Part shown: one piece after another, positions 10,269 to 18,637 of the stretch
Numbering within the stretch: position 1 is the first letter of the stretch
Layout: every line of letters begins with the position of its first letter
Assembly (NCBI GenBank): GCA_963579735.1
Contig: CAUZIB010000011.1
Span: forward strand, 700 to 64,699
DNA: 64,000 nucleotides
Reading direction: 5' to 3'
From: Vicinamibacteria bacterium
GTDB taxonomy: Bacteria; Acidobacteriota; Vicinamibacteria; Vicinamibacterales; UBA8438
Position numbers and translations under genes: made by a program
The notes under the pieces: generated by a model
Seen by the model: the letters and a program-made list of their open reading frames with translations, nothing else
Database searches by the model: none
Told to the model about the DNA's origin: nothing

Positions 10269-12266
10269 TTAGGGCAGCGCGAGCGCGACCCACTCAGGTG
10301 CATGCTCCGACCCGCCGACGGACACGACGACGTATTGCTTGCCGTTGAACATGTAGGTCATAGGGGCGGCGGTCGTCCCCGACGGAAGCTCAGTCTCCCA
10401 GATCACCTCACCCGTCGCCTTGTCATAGGCTCGAAACGTCTTCCCCCACCGCCAGGACTGGTCGAGCTCCGGGTCGGTGCCGTCGTCGACCCCACGTCTC
10501 GTTCCGATGATCGCATCGCTCCCTTCGCCGATCAGGAGTAGGGTCTTGGTGACGAGCGGGGCCGGTCTATTGGGCGTTCCCAGGGGAGGCAAATCCAGAT
10601 CCTTGAGGAGCGGATGGTCCCGGGGACCGTCGCCGTTCGGCACCATCCACGCCAATTCGCCACGATTGAGGTCGAGGGCGGTGATCCGACCATAGGGCGG
10701 CTTGGTAATCGGCAGGCCGTGTGGCCGTGGCGTGCGGTTCGCATCTCCTTGCGGTGTGGCCCAGTCCAATGTGGCGTCCGGTGAAGTCGTGGGTGCAACG
10801 CTCCATACGGTCGGCATCGTATGGGAGACGGCGTAATACATCCCCGTCTCGGGGTCGAATGCTCCGGTGTGCCAATTTCCGGCACCCCATCCACCGGGTG
10901 CGGTCAAGGTCCCCTGTTTGGCCGTGGGGTCGTCGCTGGTGGGCCACGGTGGCGTGAACAGTGGACCGAGGACGAGTGACTCCACCGCTTCGAGCGCCTC
11001 GGCTCTGAGCTCGGGCGTGAAATCGATCAGGTCATCTTCGGTGATGCCCTGCAAATCGAATGGTGGGGGCTTGGTCGGGAATGGCTGTGTCGACGAGGTC
11101 CGCTCACCGGGGACAATCGACTGCGGAACCTTGCGCTCCTCGATCGGCCAGACGGGTTCGCCGGTTTCCCGGTCAAACACATAGAGGAACGCTGTCTTGC
11201 TTGGTTGCATCACAGCTCTCACCCGTCGACCGTCGACGGTGATATCGCCAAGGATCGGCGGCCCCACCGTGTCGTATTCCCAGACGTCATGGTGGACCAT
11301 CTGAAAGTGCCAGACGCGCTGCCCGGTCGAGGCATCGAGGGCCACGAGACTGTCGGAGAAAAGGTTGTCACCCGGTCGGTGTCCGCCGTAGACCATTCCG
11401 GTGGGTGCCGACAGCGGAACAAAGACGTATCCGAGTGTCTCGTCGGCGGTGAGACAGCACCACGAACCGAGGTCTCCGGAGTAGTCACCCGATCCGTCGC
11501 CCCACGTGTCGGCCCCGAATTCCCCGGCGCGCGGCACGACGTGAAAGGTCCAAAGGAGTCGTCCAGTGCGGACGTCAAAGCCTCGCACATCTTCGGGCGC
11601 GGCTTCACGCACGACGCCGCCATCTCCAGCCCCGCCGGTAATGCCGGCCACGACCACCACATCGCCTACGACAATGGGACCGGCCGTCCAGTTGAAGTTG
11701 CGTGCCCGCGGGGCGTCAAAGTTCAGGTCGATGCGTCCCTGGTCGACAAGCCCAAACTCCGCGTATCGGGCGCCCGTGGCCATGTTGATCGCGTAGAGAT
11801 ACCGCCCACGCACGAGAAACATCCGTCGGCCGGACCCATCTGTCCAGAAGTCCAGCCCCCGCGTGCTTGCCCCTGAAACTTCCTGAAGCGTGGGCACGAC
11901 CGGTTCCTGCACCCACAGCGTTTCGCCTGTTCCCGCGTCAAACGCCTCGACAAACCCGAGCGCATTCGAGGCGTAGAGCACCCCGTCGATCATCAACGGT
12001 GTCGACCGGAGATAGCGATTCGGTTCGAGCTCCGGGAATGCCTCGTCTGTCCACCGCGTGGCGGTCGCCGGTCGCCGCCAGACGATCTCGAGATTTCTGA
12101 CGTTGTGTCGATTGATCTGGTCGAGAGGCGAGTACCGTGTGAATGCTCTATCGCCGCCGTAGTAACGCCATTCCCCGTGTGACGCGCTCTCCTGCGTTTC
12201 GGCCGGTGCCGCGCCGAAGCCGATGAAGGACACGCACAGAAGGAACGTGGATCGCCGCCGTCCCAT
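10269..12266 (-). CDS. soluble PQQ-dependent dehydrogenase (quinoprotein, glucose/sorbosone-type propeller) with signal peptide
   Basis: 665-673 aa. WRYYGGDRAFTRYSPLDQINRHNVRNLEIVWR is a typical quinoprotein N-terminus, followed by repeated propeller motifs. It is a close paralogue of 35505-37499. The alternative start is at 12290. Confidence 0.85.
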   Translation of the reverse strand: MGRRRSTFLLCVSFIGFGAAPAETQESASHGEWRYYGGDRAFTRYSPLDQINRHNVRNLEIVWRRPATATRWTDEAFPELEPNRYLRSTPLMIDGVLYASNALGFVEAFDAGTGETLWVQEPVVPTLQEVSGASTRGLDFWTDGSGRRMFLVRGRYLYAINMATGARYAEFGLVDQGRIDLNFDAPRARNFNWTAGPIVVGDVVVVAGITGGAGDGGVVREAAPEDVRGFDVRTGRLLWTFHVVPRAGEFGADTWGDGSGDYSGDLGSWCCLTADETLGYVFVPLSAPTGMVYGGHRPGDNLFSDSLVALDASTGQRVWHFQMVHHDVWEYDTVGPPILGDITVDGRRVRAVMQPSKTAFLYVFDRETGEPVWPIEERKVPQSIVPGERTSSTQPFPTKPPPFDLQGITEDDLIDFTPELRAEALEAVESLVLGPLFTPPWPTSDDPTAKQGTLTAPGGWGAGNWHTGAFDPETGMYYAVSHTMPTVWSVAPTTSPDATLDWATPQGDANRTPRPHGLPITKPPYGRITALDLNRGELAWMVPNGDGPRDHPLLKDLDLPPLGTPNRPAPLVTKTLLLIGEGSDAIIGTRRGVDDGTDPELDQSWRWGKTFRAYDKATGEVIWETELPSGTTAAPMTYMFNGKQYVVVSVGGSEHAPEWVALALP

Positions 12267-12351
12267 GAGACACTCCCTGCCGGCCGACATTCGTAGCTGG
12301 GGTCACAAAGAGGCCGAGCCGACAAGCATAATAGGTATCACCAGGCTGACC

Positions 12352-12434
12352 TGACGTCAAACGGAGAGTTGGCTCTGGCTGAGCGATGAGCCCACGTGGG
12401 AATCGGCGGGCAACTACGTTTGACGTCGACGTCA
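12352..12434. promoter_or_regulatory. pair of TGACGTCA-type palindromes in a divergent promoter region
   Basis: TGACGTCA lies at 12352-12359 and the perfect 14-bp palindrome TGACGTCGACGTCA at 12421-12434. The flanks form an 11-bp inverted repeat (GACGTCAAACG 12353-12363 / CGTTTGACGTC 12417-12427). The centres are about 72 bp apart. The sites lie between the divergent PQQ dehydrogenase and the LVIVD-repeat gene. Confidence 0.3.
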
Positions 12435-12615
12435 ATGCCGGTGATGAGCTGGCGCCATCGCCACTTCGCACACGTGACGGGAGGGGAAGAAAGCCGCTAC
12501 GCGAACGTCGGTGAATGATACCCTCCACCGAACGGAGGGTCCTTGTGAAATCACGCGCTGAATCGTTTTTTGTGATCCTGCGCCGGTTGGCGTATTCCCC
12601 CGAAAGGAGGGGTTC

Positions 12616-14082
12616 GTGCTGGATGACAAGAACCGTGTAGCGTCGGGGCGGGTCGTTCGCGTCGCCCTTCTGGCCGGGTTGCTAGCCGGTGCCGTCTTGT
12701 CCGAGCCGTTCGCGCAAGGGCACGGCGAGGAACAGCACAACACGCGTCTTGTCGGCACGGACGATCTGCAGGCGCGTTCGGCCTACCAGCCGCTCCCGGT
12801 CGAGCAGGATGGCCGCTACATTCTGTATGTCGGGCATCACGCCGGTGCGATGCTGAACCCGCTCACGGACCGGATCGAGGTCAACGGCACATCGATCGTG
12901 GATGTCAGTGATCCTGTCCGTCCGCGCTATCTGCATCATATTCCCGCCAGGGGGGATGCGCAGGGCGCCCAGATGGTCCAAGTGTGTTCCGGTGAGGACC
13001 TCCCCGATGCGGCCGCCGGAACCACTTTTCTTCTACGTAGCAACGGAAATCAGAGCCACGAAGTCTGGGACGTGTCCGACCCGGCTTCTCCTGACCTCGT
13101 GACAACGGTCGTGCAGTTGGGGCGGACGCCGGACGGCCGGCAGAACACGCACAAGAACTGGTGGGAGTGCGAGACCGGTCTGGCGTATCTGGTCGGGACC
13201 GTCGACGGTTGGCGAGCGCCGCGGGTAGTGCAGGTCTTCGACCTGTCGAGTCCCGACCAGCCGCGTCTGGTGCGAGACTTCAGCCTCGACGGTGTGCAGC
13301 CTGACGCGGCGGGACCGACGCCGGGCGGTTCGGGCGCGCACGAGGTGGTGCGGGTCGGCAACCGGCTCTACATCAGCTATGGCACGTCTCAGAACGGGGT
13401 GCTGCAGATCGTCGACCGGGAGCGGCTACTTCGGGGCGATGACACCGCAGCCGCACCGCTCGCGGCCAGCCCCGCCGGTCTGCGGTTCCCTCAGGTCGGT
13501 CGTCTCGACATGCCGTCATTTTGGGGTGGACACACCGCCTTTCCTTTGCTCGACGTCGAGGTCGCAGACTACGCGACGAACCGCGACCAACAGAGACGTG
13601 ACTTCTTGGTGCTCGTATCGGAGTCCGTGGCCAATCAGTGTCAGGAAGCTCGCCACGTCGTGTCATTTGTCGACATTACCGACGAATCCCATCCCTGGCC
13701 GGTCTCGACGTTCCAGGTGCCCGAGTCCTCCGGTGGCTTCTGTGACCGGGGCGGGCGGTTTGGACCACACGGAACGCAGTGGGCGATGGGACCCGCCTTT
13801 TATAAGAAGGTGCAGGTGTTCTCTTGGTTCAACGCGGGGATGCGGGCGGTCGATGTGAGAAATCCGTTCGAGCCAATCGAAGTCGCATCGTATATCCCGG
13901 CGACGACTGCGAATACCGATCAACGTTGTGTCACCATCGACGACGTCGAGAGCTGTAAGACGGCGATTCAAACCAACAACGTCGAGGTCGACGATCGGGG
14001 CTTTATCTACCTGGTCGACCGAGCCAACACTGGTCTGCATATTGTTGAGTTGACGGGGCCAGCGGCGGCCCTCATCCAATGA
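12616..14082 (+). CDS. secreted beta-propeller protein with LVIVD-type repeats
   Basis: GGAGG RBS before GTG 12616 and a signal peptide. Repeated xDxSxPxxP motifs are present (IVDVSDPVRP, VFDLSSPDQP, FVDITDESHP, AVDVRNPFEP), plus FIYLVDRANTGLHIVEL. Confidence 0.6.
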   Translation: MLDDKNRVASGRVVRVALLAGLLAGAVLSEPFAQGHGEEQHNTRLVGTDDLQARSAYQPLPVEQDGRYILYVGHHAGAMLNPLTDRIEVNGTSIVDVSDPVRPRYLHHIPARGDAQGAQMVQVCSGEDLPDAAAGTTFLLRSNGNQSHEVWDVSDPASPDLVTTVVQLGRTPDGRQNTHKNWWECETGLAYLVGTVDGWRAPRVVQVFDLSSPDQPRLVRDFSLDGVQPDAAGPTPGGSGAHEVVRVGNRLYISYGTSQNGVLQIVDRERLLRGDDTAAAPLAASPAGLRFPQVGRLDMPSFWGGHTAFPLLDVEVADYATNRDQQRRDFLVLVSESVANQCQEARHVVSFVDITDESHPWPVSTFQVPESSGGFCDRGGRFGPHGTQWAMGPAFYKKVQVFSWFNAGMRAVDVRNPFEPIEVASYIPATTANTDQRCVTIDDVESCKTAIQTNNVEVDDRGFIYLVDRANTGLHIVELTGPAAALIQ

Positions 14083-14117
14083 TCATGCCCGCCCTTGAAA
14101 GAGAAAAGAGGTTCCGG

Positions 14118-15092
14118 ATGATGCGTCGCGCGCGAACGACCGTGGTAATGGTGATGACGTCACTCACGCTGGTGCTGGTCTCCGCGCCGGCGTCAGCGCA
14201 GACTCGGACAGCGTGGGGTGACCCCGATCTGCAAGGCATCTGGTCGTATGCCAGCATCACGCCGTTGCAGCGCCCGGCCGAGCTGGCCGGTCGAGAGTTT
14301 TTGACCCCCGAGGAGGTGGCGCTCCAGAATGAGGACGCGGCGACACGTGCTTCGTCTGAACGCCGGGACGAGCTCTCGGCCGAACGGGACCTCGGTCTGG
14401 CGTACAACCAGGTGTGGTGGGACCGCGGTCTTTCGACGGGTCGTACCTCGTTGATTGTGGACCCCGAAGACGGGAGGCTCCCACCGCTGACACCCGAGGG
14501 CGAGCGATACCGTGCGGAACGACAGTCACATCGGGAGGCACACCCGTATGACTCGTGGGAGGACCGACCCCTACAAGAACGGTGCATGACATACCAGCGC
14601 GCACCCCCGGTCCCGTCCGGCTACAACAACACATACCACATCCTCCAGGCCCCGGGTTATGTGGTCATTCTCAACGAGATGATTCACGACGTGCGTATCG
14701 TGCCTCTAGACGGACGTCCGCACGCGAATCCACGTATTCGACAGTGGAACGGCGATGTGCGTGGCCATTGGGAAAACGACACCCTGGTGATCGAGTCCAC
14801 CAACTACAGCGACAAGACGACGTGGCGTGGCTTCCCGGGTGCGGGTCGCACGTTGCGAGCGGTCGAGCGACTCACGCGGACCGACAATGACACCATCGAC
14901 TATCGCTATACCATCGACGACCCGACGACGTATACGCGACCCTGGACGGTCGAGTTGCCTCTCGTCCATCGTCCGGACTACGTGATCTACGAGTATGCAT
15001 GTCACGAAGGGAACTACTCGATTGCGAATGTGCTGATCGGCGCGCGCGCCCAGGAAAGAGCAGCCGAAGAAAAGATCAACGGGTCGCGGTAG
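14118..15092 (+). CDS. secreted protein, uncharacterised CHEGN-motif family (paralogue P1)
   Basis: RBS AGAGG before ATG 14118 and signal peptide MMRRARTTVVMVMTSLTLVLVSAPASAQ. Motifs WGDPDLQGIW, TSLIVDPEDGRLPPLT, EMIHDVRIVPLDGRPH, GDVRGHWENDTLVIEST and YEYACHEGNY. Homologous to 18638-19777, 23138-24169 and 52190-53116, and more distantly to 19805-20782. Confidence 0.75.
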   Translation: MMRRARTTVVMVMTSLTLVLVSAPASAQTRTAWGDPDLQGIWSYASITPLQRPAELAGREFLTPEEVALQNEDAATRASSERRDELSAERDLGLAYNQVWWDRGLSTGRTSLIVDPEDGRLPPLTPEGERYRAERQSHREAHPYDSWEDRPLQERCMTYQRAPPVPSGYNNTYHILQAPGYVVILNEMIHDVRIVPLDGRPHANPRIRQWNGDVRGHWENDTLVIESTNYSDKTTWRGFPGAGRTLRAVERLTRTDNDTIDYRYTIDDPTTYTRPWTVELPLVHRPDYVIYEYACHEGNYSIANVLIGARAQERAAEEKINGSR

Positions 15093-15230
15093 ACAGCGAC
15101 GGTGTGTCCGTTCAGGCAAGAATGCGACACGCCGTCCGTCGTGACTCGGACAGGATCACGTGCGGCCGGAGTGGCAACGACCGCGGACCGTCTCTAACCA
15201 GACCTTCGCTGGATTGAGATGGTGAGAAGG

Positions 15231-16670
15231 CTAGAAGTCTGGTTCTTGCCAGCGCTCGCGGCGTAGCAGCTCGCCGCTGCCGGCGGTCCCAAGGACCTCG
15301 CCGTCGCGATAGACGATGTCGCCGCGTCGCAACGTCAGGGTCGGCCACCCGGTGACGACGGTGCCGGCGTGCACGGAGTAGCCGCTGCCAGAGAACATGT
15401 CTTCGTTGCGGATCGTGCGTGTGTCGTCCGGGTCCCACACGACGAGATCCGCGTCTGACCCGACGGCGATGGCGCCTTTCCGCGGATACACTCCAAAGAG
15501 CTTCGCCGGATTCGACGATGTGACTTCGACGAATCGCTCGAGGCTGATCCGTCCGGTGCGCACGCCTTCCGAAAAGATCATCGGCAGCATGACCTGGAGG
15601 TTGCTCATTCCCGCGCGATGCCGGGCCACCGTCTGCGATGGGTCGAGTTTTTGTTCGCGTGTATAGGCGACGTGGTCCGAGCCGACGACGTGGATCGTCC
15701 CGCGGGCAAGTCCATCCCAGAGGGCGTCTTGGTCGTTCGCCGTGCGCAGCGGTGGCTGTCCGATATAGAGCCCGGGGGTAGGGCCGTCGAATCGCTCACG
15801 CGTGAGATGAAGATAGATCGGACGAGTCTCGACGTAGACCGGTAGGCCGCGCGTCTGTGCGTCCTCCGCAACCCGGAGCGCGCGTTCTGACGATAGGTGC
15901 ACGATATAGATCGGCGCGCCCGTCGCTTCCGCCATGGCCACCGCCCGCTGGGTCGCGGCCACTTCCGCCGAGACAGACCGCGCGTCGGCGAAGTTTGACA
16001 GTGAGCCTCGTCCCTCGGCCACCATCTGTTCCGCGGTGGTCTGGATAATGGACGCATCCTCACAGTGCATCATCAACAGCACACCGGTCGCGCGCGCTGC
16101 CTGCATCGTGTGGATAAAACCCGTGACGTTCTGCTCGAACGTCGGTCGCACCATGAATACCTTGATCGTCGTCTGACCGGCGGCGGCCAGTCGATCGAGT
16201 GTCTCGCGGGTGGCTGTCGCTGGGTCGCTGATGATCGGGTGAAAGATGACGTCGGCGATGGTCTCGTCTCGAATCGCGGGCGTCGCTTGCGCGACTGTTT
16301 CGGCCGGTGTCTCGCCTGTGCCTACGGCGCCGAAGTTGGAGATGGTCGTGATCCCGCCCGCGAGTGCGGCGGCTGACCCGCTCGTATAGTCGTCGACTCG
16401 CCCGCTGAGATGCACGTGAGGGTCAATGCCGCCCGGCAGCACAAGTCGACCCCGCGCGTCGATCACTTGCGTGCGCTCGTCGCGAGGGGCAAGCCCCGCC
16501 CCGAGCTCAGCGATGGTCGCGCCGACGATACGAATGTCGGTCTGGCGTCGACCGTCCGGCGTGACAACATCGCCGCCCCGGATGAGGGTTTCAGGGCCAG
16601 TTTGGGCCAGACTGACGACCGAGGTCGACCCGAACACGGTCAGAACTGCCAGAGCGCGCAACCAATACAT
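15231..16670 (-). CDS. cyclic amidohydrolase (dihydropyrimidinase / D-hydantoinase-like) with signal peptide
   Basis: The start is set at ATG 16670 (MYWLRALAVLTVFGSTSVVSLAQ). Motifs GGIDPHVHL, TIKVFM (carbamylated-Lys context), MMHCED, IYIVHLSS and VVGSDHVAY. The ORF-track start at 17027 is an over-extension. Confidence 0.85.
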   Translation of the reverse strand: MYWLRALAVLTVFGSTSVVSLAQTGPETLIRGGDVVTPDGRRQTDIRIVGATIAELGAGLAPRDERTQVIDARGRLVLPGGIDPHVHLSGRVDDYTSGSAAALAGGITTISNFGAVGTGETPAETVAQATPAIRDETIADVIFHPIISDPATATRETLDRLAAAGQTTIKVFMVRPTFEQNVTGFIHTMQAARATGVLLMMHCEDASIIQTTAEQMVAEGRGSLSNFADARSVSAEVAATQRAVAMAEATGAPIYIVHLSSERALRVAEDAQTRGLPVYVETRPIYLHLTRERFDGPTPGLYIGQPPLRTANDQDALWDGLARGTIHVVGSDHVAYTREQKLDPSQTVARHRAGMSNLQVMLPMIFSEGVRTGRISLERFVEVTSSNPAKLFGVYPRKGAIAVGSDADLVVWDPDDTRTIRNEDMFSGSGYSVHAGTVVTGWPTLTLRRGDIVYRDGEVLGTAGSGELLRRERWQEPDF

Positions 16671-16763
16671 CGCGTATCCTCCCGTTGGATTCTCGCGAAT
16701 CCTCTCACACGATTCTCGCGATTGCGAGCGATGTTTGAGTTCGCGCCGTAGAAGGTTTGGAGC

Positions 16764-18410
16764 GTGGTGACACAGGCGCAGTTCGATACCACAGATGAGA
16801 GGGACGGCTTCACCCTCTCGCTGCCAGCAATCTGTGGGTTGACAGCGAGCCTCGCCATCGGTCTCTCTTGTTTCGGTTTTTTCGACGCAGCTCGAGGCAA
16901 CGCAGCGCTCCAGTGGTCGTTCATCGGACCCGGCGTGCTGCTGCTGGCGTGGACCGGCGTCCTGGTCGGACGTGCGCAGCGCACGGGGCGGGTCTTGGGC
17001 GTGCGGGTCGCCTTGCGACCACAGCACTATGTTCAGGCGCTCGCGCAGGGTGTCTTCCTACTGTATTGGGGCTGGCACTGGCGCCCAGTCTACGATTCCG
17101 CGTTTCTCATTGCCTCCCAGCTGGTTTTCGCCTACGCGTTCGACATGTTGTTGTGCTGGTCGCGCCGGGACACCTACACCCTCGGATTCGGACCGGTCCC
17201 GGTCATCTTCAGTATCAATCTCTTCCTGTGGTTTGCCGACGATTGGTTCTATCTGCAATTTCTCCTAGTGGCGGTGGGCTTCGCCGTCAAAGAGCTGATC
17301 CGATGGGAGAAGGCCGGTCGGCAGGTTCACATATTCAATCCGTCATCGTTTCCCCTGGCGATTGTCTCGCTGGCCTTGATTCTCACCGGCACAAGCGACG
17401 TCACTTGGGGCCAGGACATCGCGACGACACAATTTTTCCCACCTCATGTGTATCTGGCGCTGTTTCTCGTGGGCTTGCCGGGGCAATACCTCTTTGGCGT
17501 GACATTGATGACGATGTCCGCCGTGGCCGTGACCTATCTGTTTGGGCTTCTCTACTTTGCCGCCACGGGTGTCTATTTTTTTTACGATTCGTATATACCC
17601 GTCGCCGTGTTTCTTGGCATGCACTTGTTGTTTACAGACCCGTCGACAGCGCCGCGGACCGAGATGGGGCGAATCCTATTTGGCGCACTGTATGGCTTGA
17701 GCACGGTCGCGCTCTACGCGATTCTGACGCGCGCTGGCGTTCCGCCGTTCTACGACAAGTTGCTTCAAGTGCCCGTCCTCAACCTTTCCATTCAGTGGCT
17801 GGACCGCTTCGCGTCCGGGCGGTGGCTGCGCGTGGTCGATCCCGCGCCCGGTCGCTCCCTTACGCCCCGTCAGCGGAATCTCGCCTACATGACACTCTGG
17901 GCGGTGCTGTTCGCTGTCATGACCACGACCAATACGGTTGGTGACCACCACCCGGGGCAATGGGTGCCTTTTTGGCAGGGCGCATGCGCCGACGAACGGC
18001 CCTCTGCCTGCTCCTATCTGGCGGACATGCATTTGCGGTCTTGCCGAACCGGTTCAGGCTGGGCGTGCAACGAAGCCGGCACGCTTGAGGCGGTGGTGTC
18101 CCCGACGGGTGAGGTTCGGCGTTGGCTCGAACTGACCGACGCGGCGGATGTGCTCGAGCGAGGTTGTGCGCTGGGTTTCGAAGCGGCCTGCCGCAACCTT
18201 GGCCTGTTGCGTGTCGGCCGAGGTCCGGCCGAGCATCCGCCGCCGACGTTGGACGACTATCCGATACTCCTCCGGGGCACAAAAGGACCAGTGGTGGACC
18301 GCTCGGCCGAGGCGCTCTTCGCGCGTGCGTGTCGCCAGGGATGGGCTGACACCTGTGGGCGGTCGGAGAACGGCGCCCTTGGATCCGATGACTCGCGTGA
18401 CTTTGACTAG
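16764..18410 (+). CDS. polytopic membrane protein with a C-terminal Cys-rich (4 x C-x7-C) repeat tail
   Basis: About 400 aa of TM helices (FNPSSFPLAIVSLALIL, FFYDSYIPVAVFLGMHLLFTDP). The soluble tail carries CADERPSAC, CRTGSGWAC, CALGFEAAC and CRQGWADTC. Confidence 0.6.
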   Translation: MVTQAQFDTTDERDGFTLSLPAICGLTASLAIGLSCFGFFDAARGNAALQWSFIGPGVLLLAWTGVLVGRAQRTGRVLGVRVALRPQHYVQALAQGVFLLYWGWHWRPVYDSAFLIASQLVFAYAFDMLLCWSRRDTYTLGFGPVPVIFSINLFLWFADDWFYLQFLLVAVGFAVKELIRWEKAGRQVHIFNPSSFPLAIVSLALILTGTSDVTWGQDIATTQFFPPHVYLALFLVGLPGQYLFGVTLMTMSAVAVTYLFGLLYFAATGVYFFYDSYIPVAVFLGMHLLFTDPSTAPRTEMGRILFGALYGLSTVALYAILTRAGVPPFYDKLLQVPVLNLSIQWLDRFASGRWLRVVDPAPGRSLTPRQRNLAYMTLWAVLFAVMTTTNTVGDHHPGQWVPFWQGACADERPSACSYLADMHLRSCRTGSGWACNEAGTLEAVVSPTGEVRRWLELTDAADVLERGCALGFEAACRNLGLLRVGRGPAEHPPPTLDDYPILLRGTKGPVVDRSAEALFARACRQGWADTCGRSENGALGSDDSRDFD

Positions 18411-18637
18411 TGCACCGCCGTCGGGTGAGCGTCCCGCTGCAAGTTCGGGCAACATTTCTTCGCGACATTCCGCGAGATCGAGCGCGCTGCAGTGGGCTTT
18501 GACAGGGTATGGTAGCCCGGGTATAGTCGAGCCTTTCCGAGAGTTACAGGCATGACGCGATGTCGGTTGGCGGTTCACAGTTGCGTTGAGGTCAGCGCGG
18601 GGTCATCGCCAGGGGCACGAACGCGGGAGGACCGAAG

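Noticed and set aside
10226-10300. Search for an SOS (LexA) box upstream of dinB
   Set aside because: I found no CTGT-N8-ACAG or GAAC-N4-GTTC type palindrome. dinB starts only 43 nt after the stop of the PQQ dehydrogenase, so it may be co-transcribed or use a LexA motif I do not know for this lineage.
15231-17027. ORF-track N-terminal extensions of several genes (15231-17027, 27972-28946, 58775-59803, 37414-39060, 53214-54917, 26926-27969)
   Set aside because: The extended parts are Arg/Pro-rich and lack RBSs. Internal ATG or GTG codons with good RBSs give canonical signal peptides. The shorter coordinates were used instead.
16868-17944. 358-aa alternative-frame ORF within the membrane-protein gene
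   Set aside because: It is on the same strand but out of frame and is Arg/Gly-rich. The 16764 frame gives coherent TM helices.
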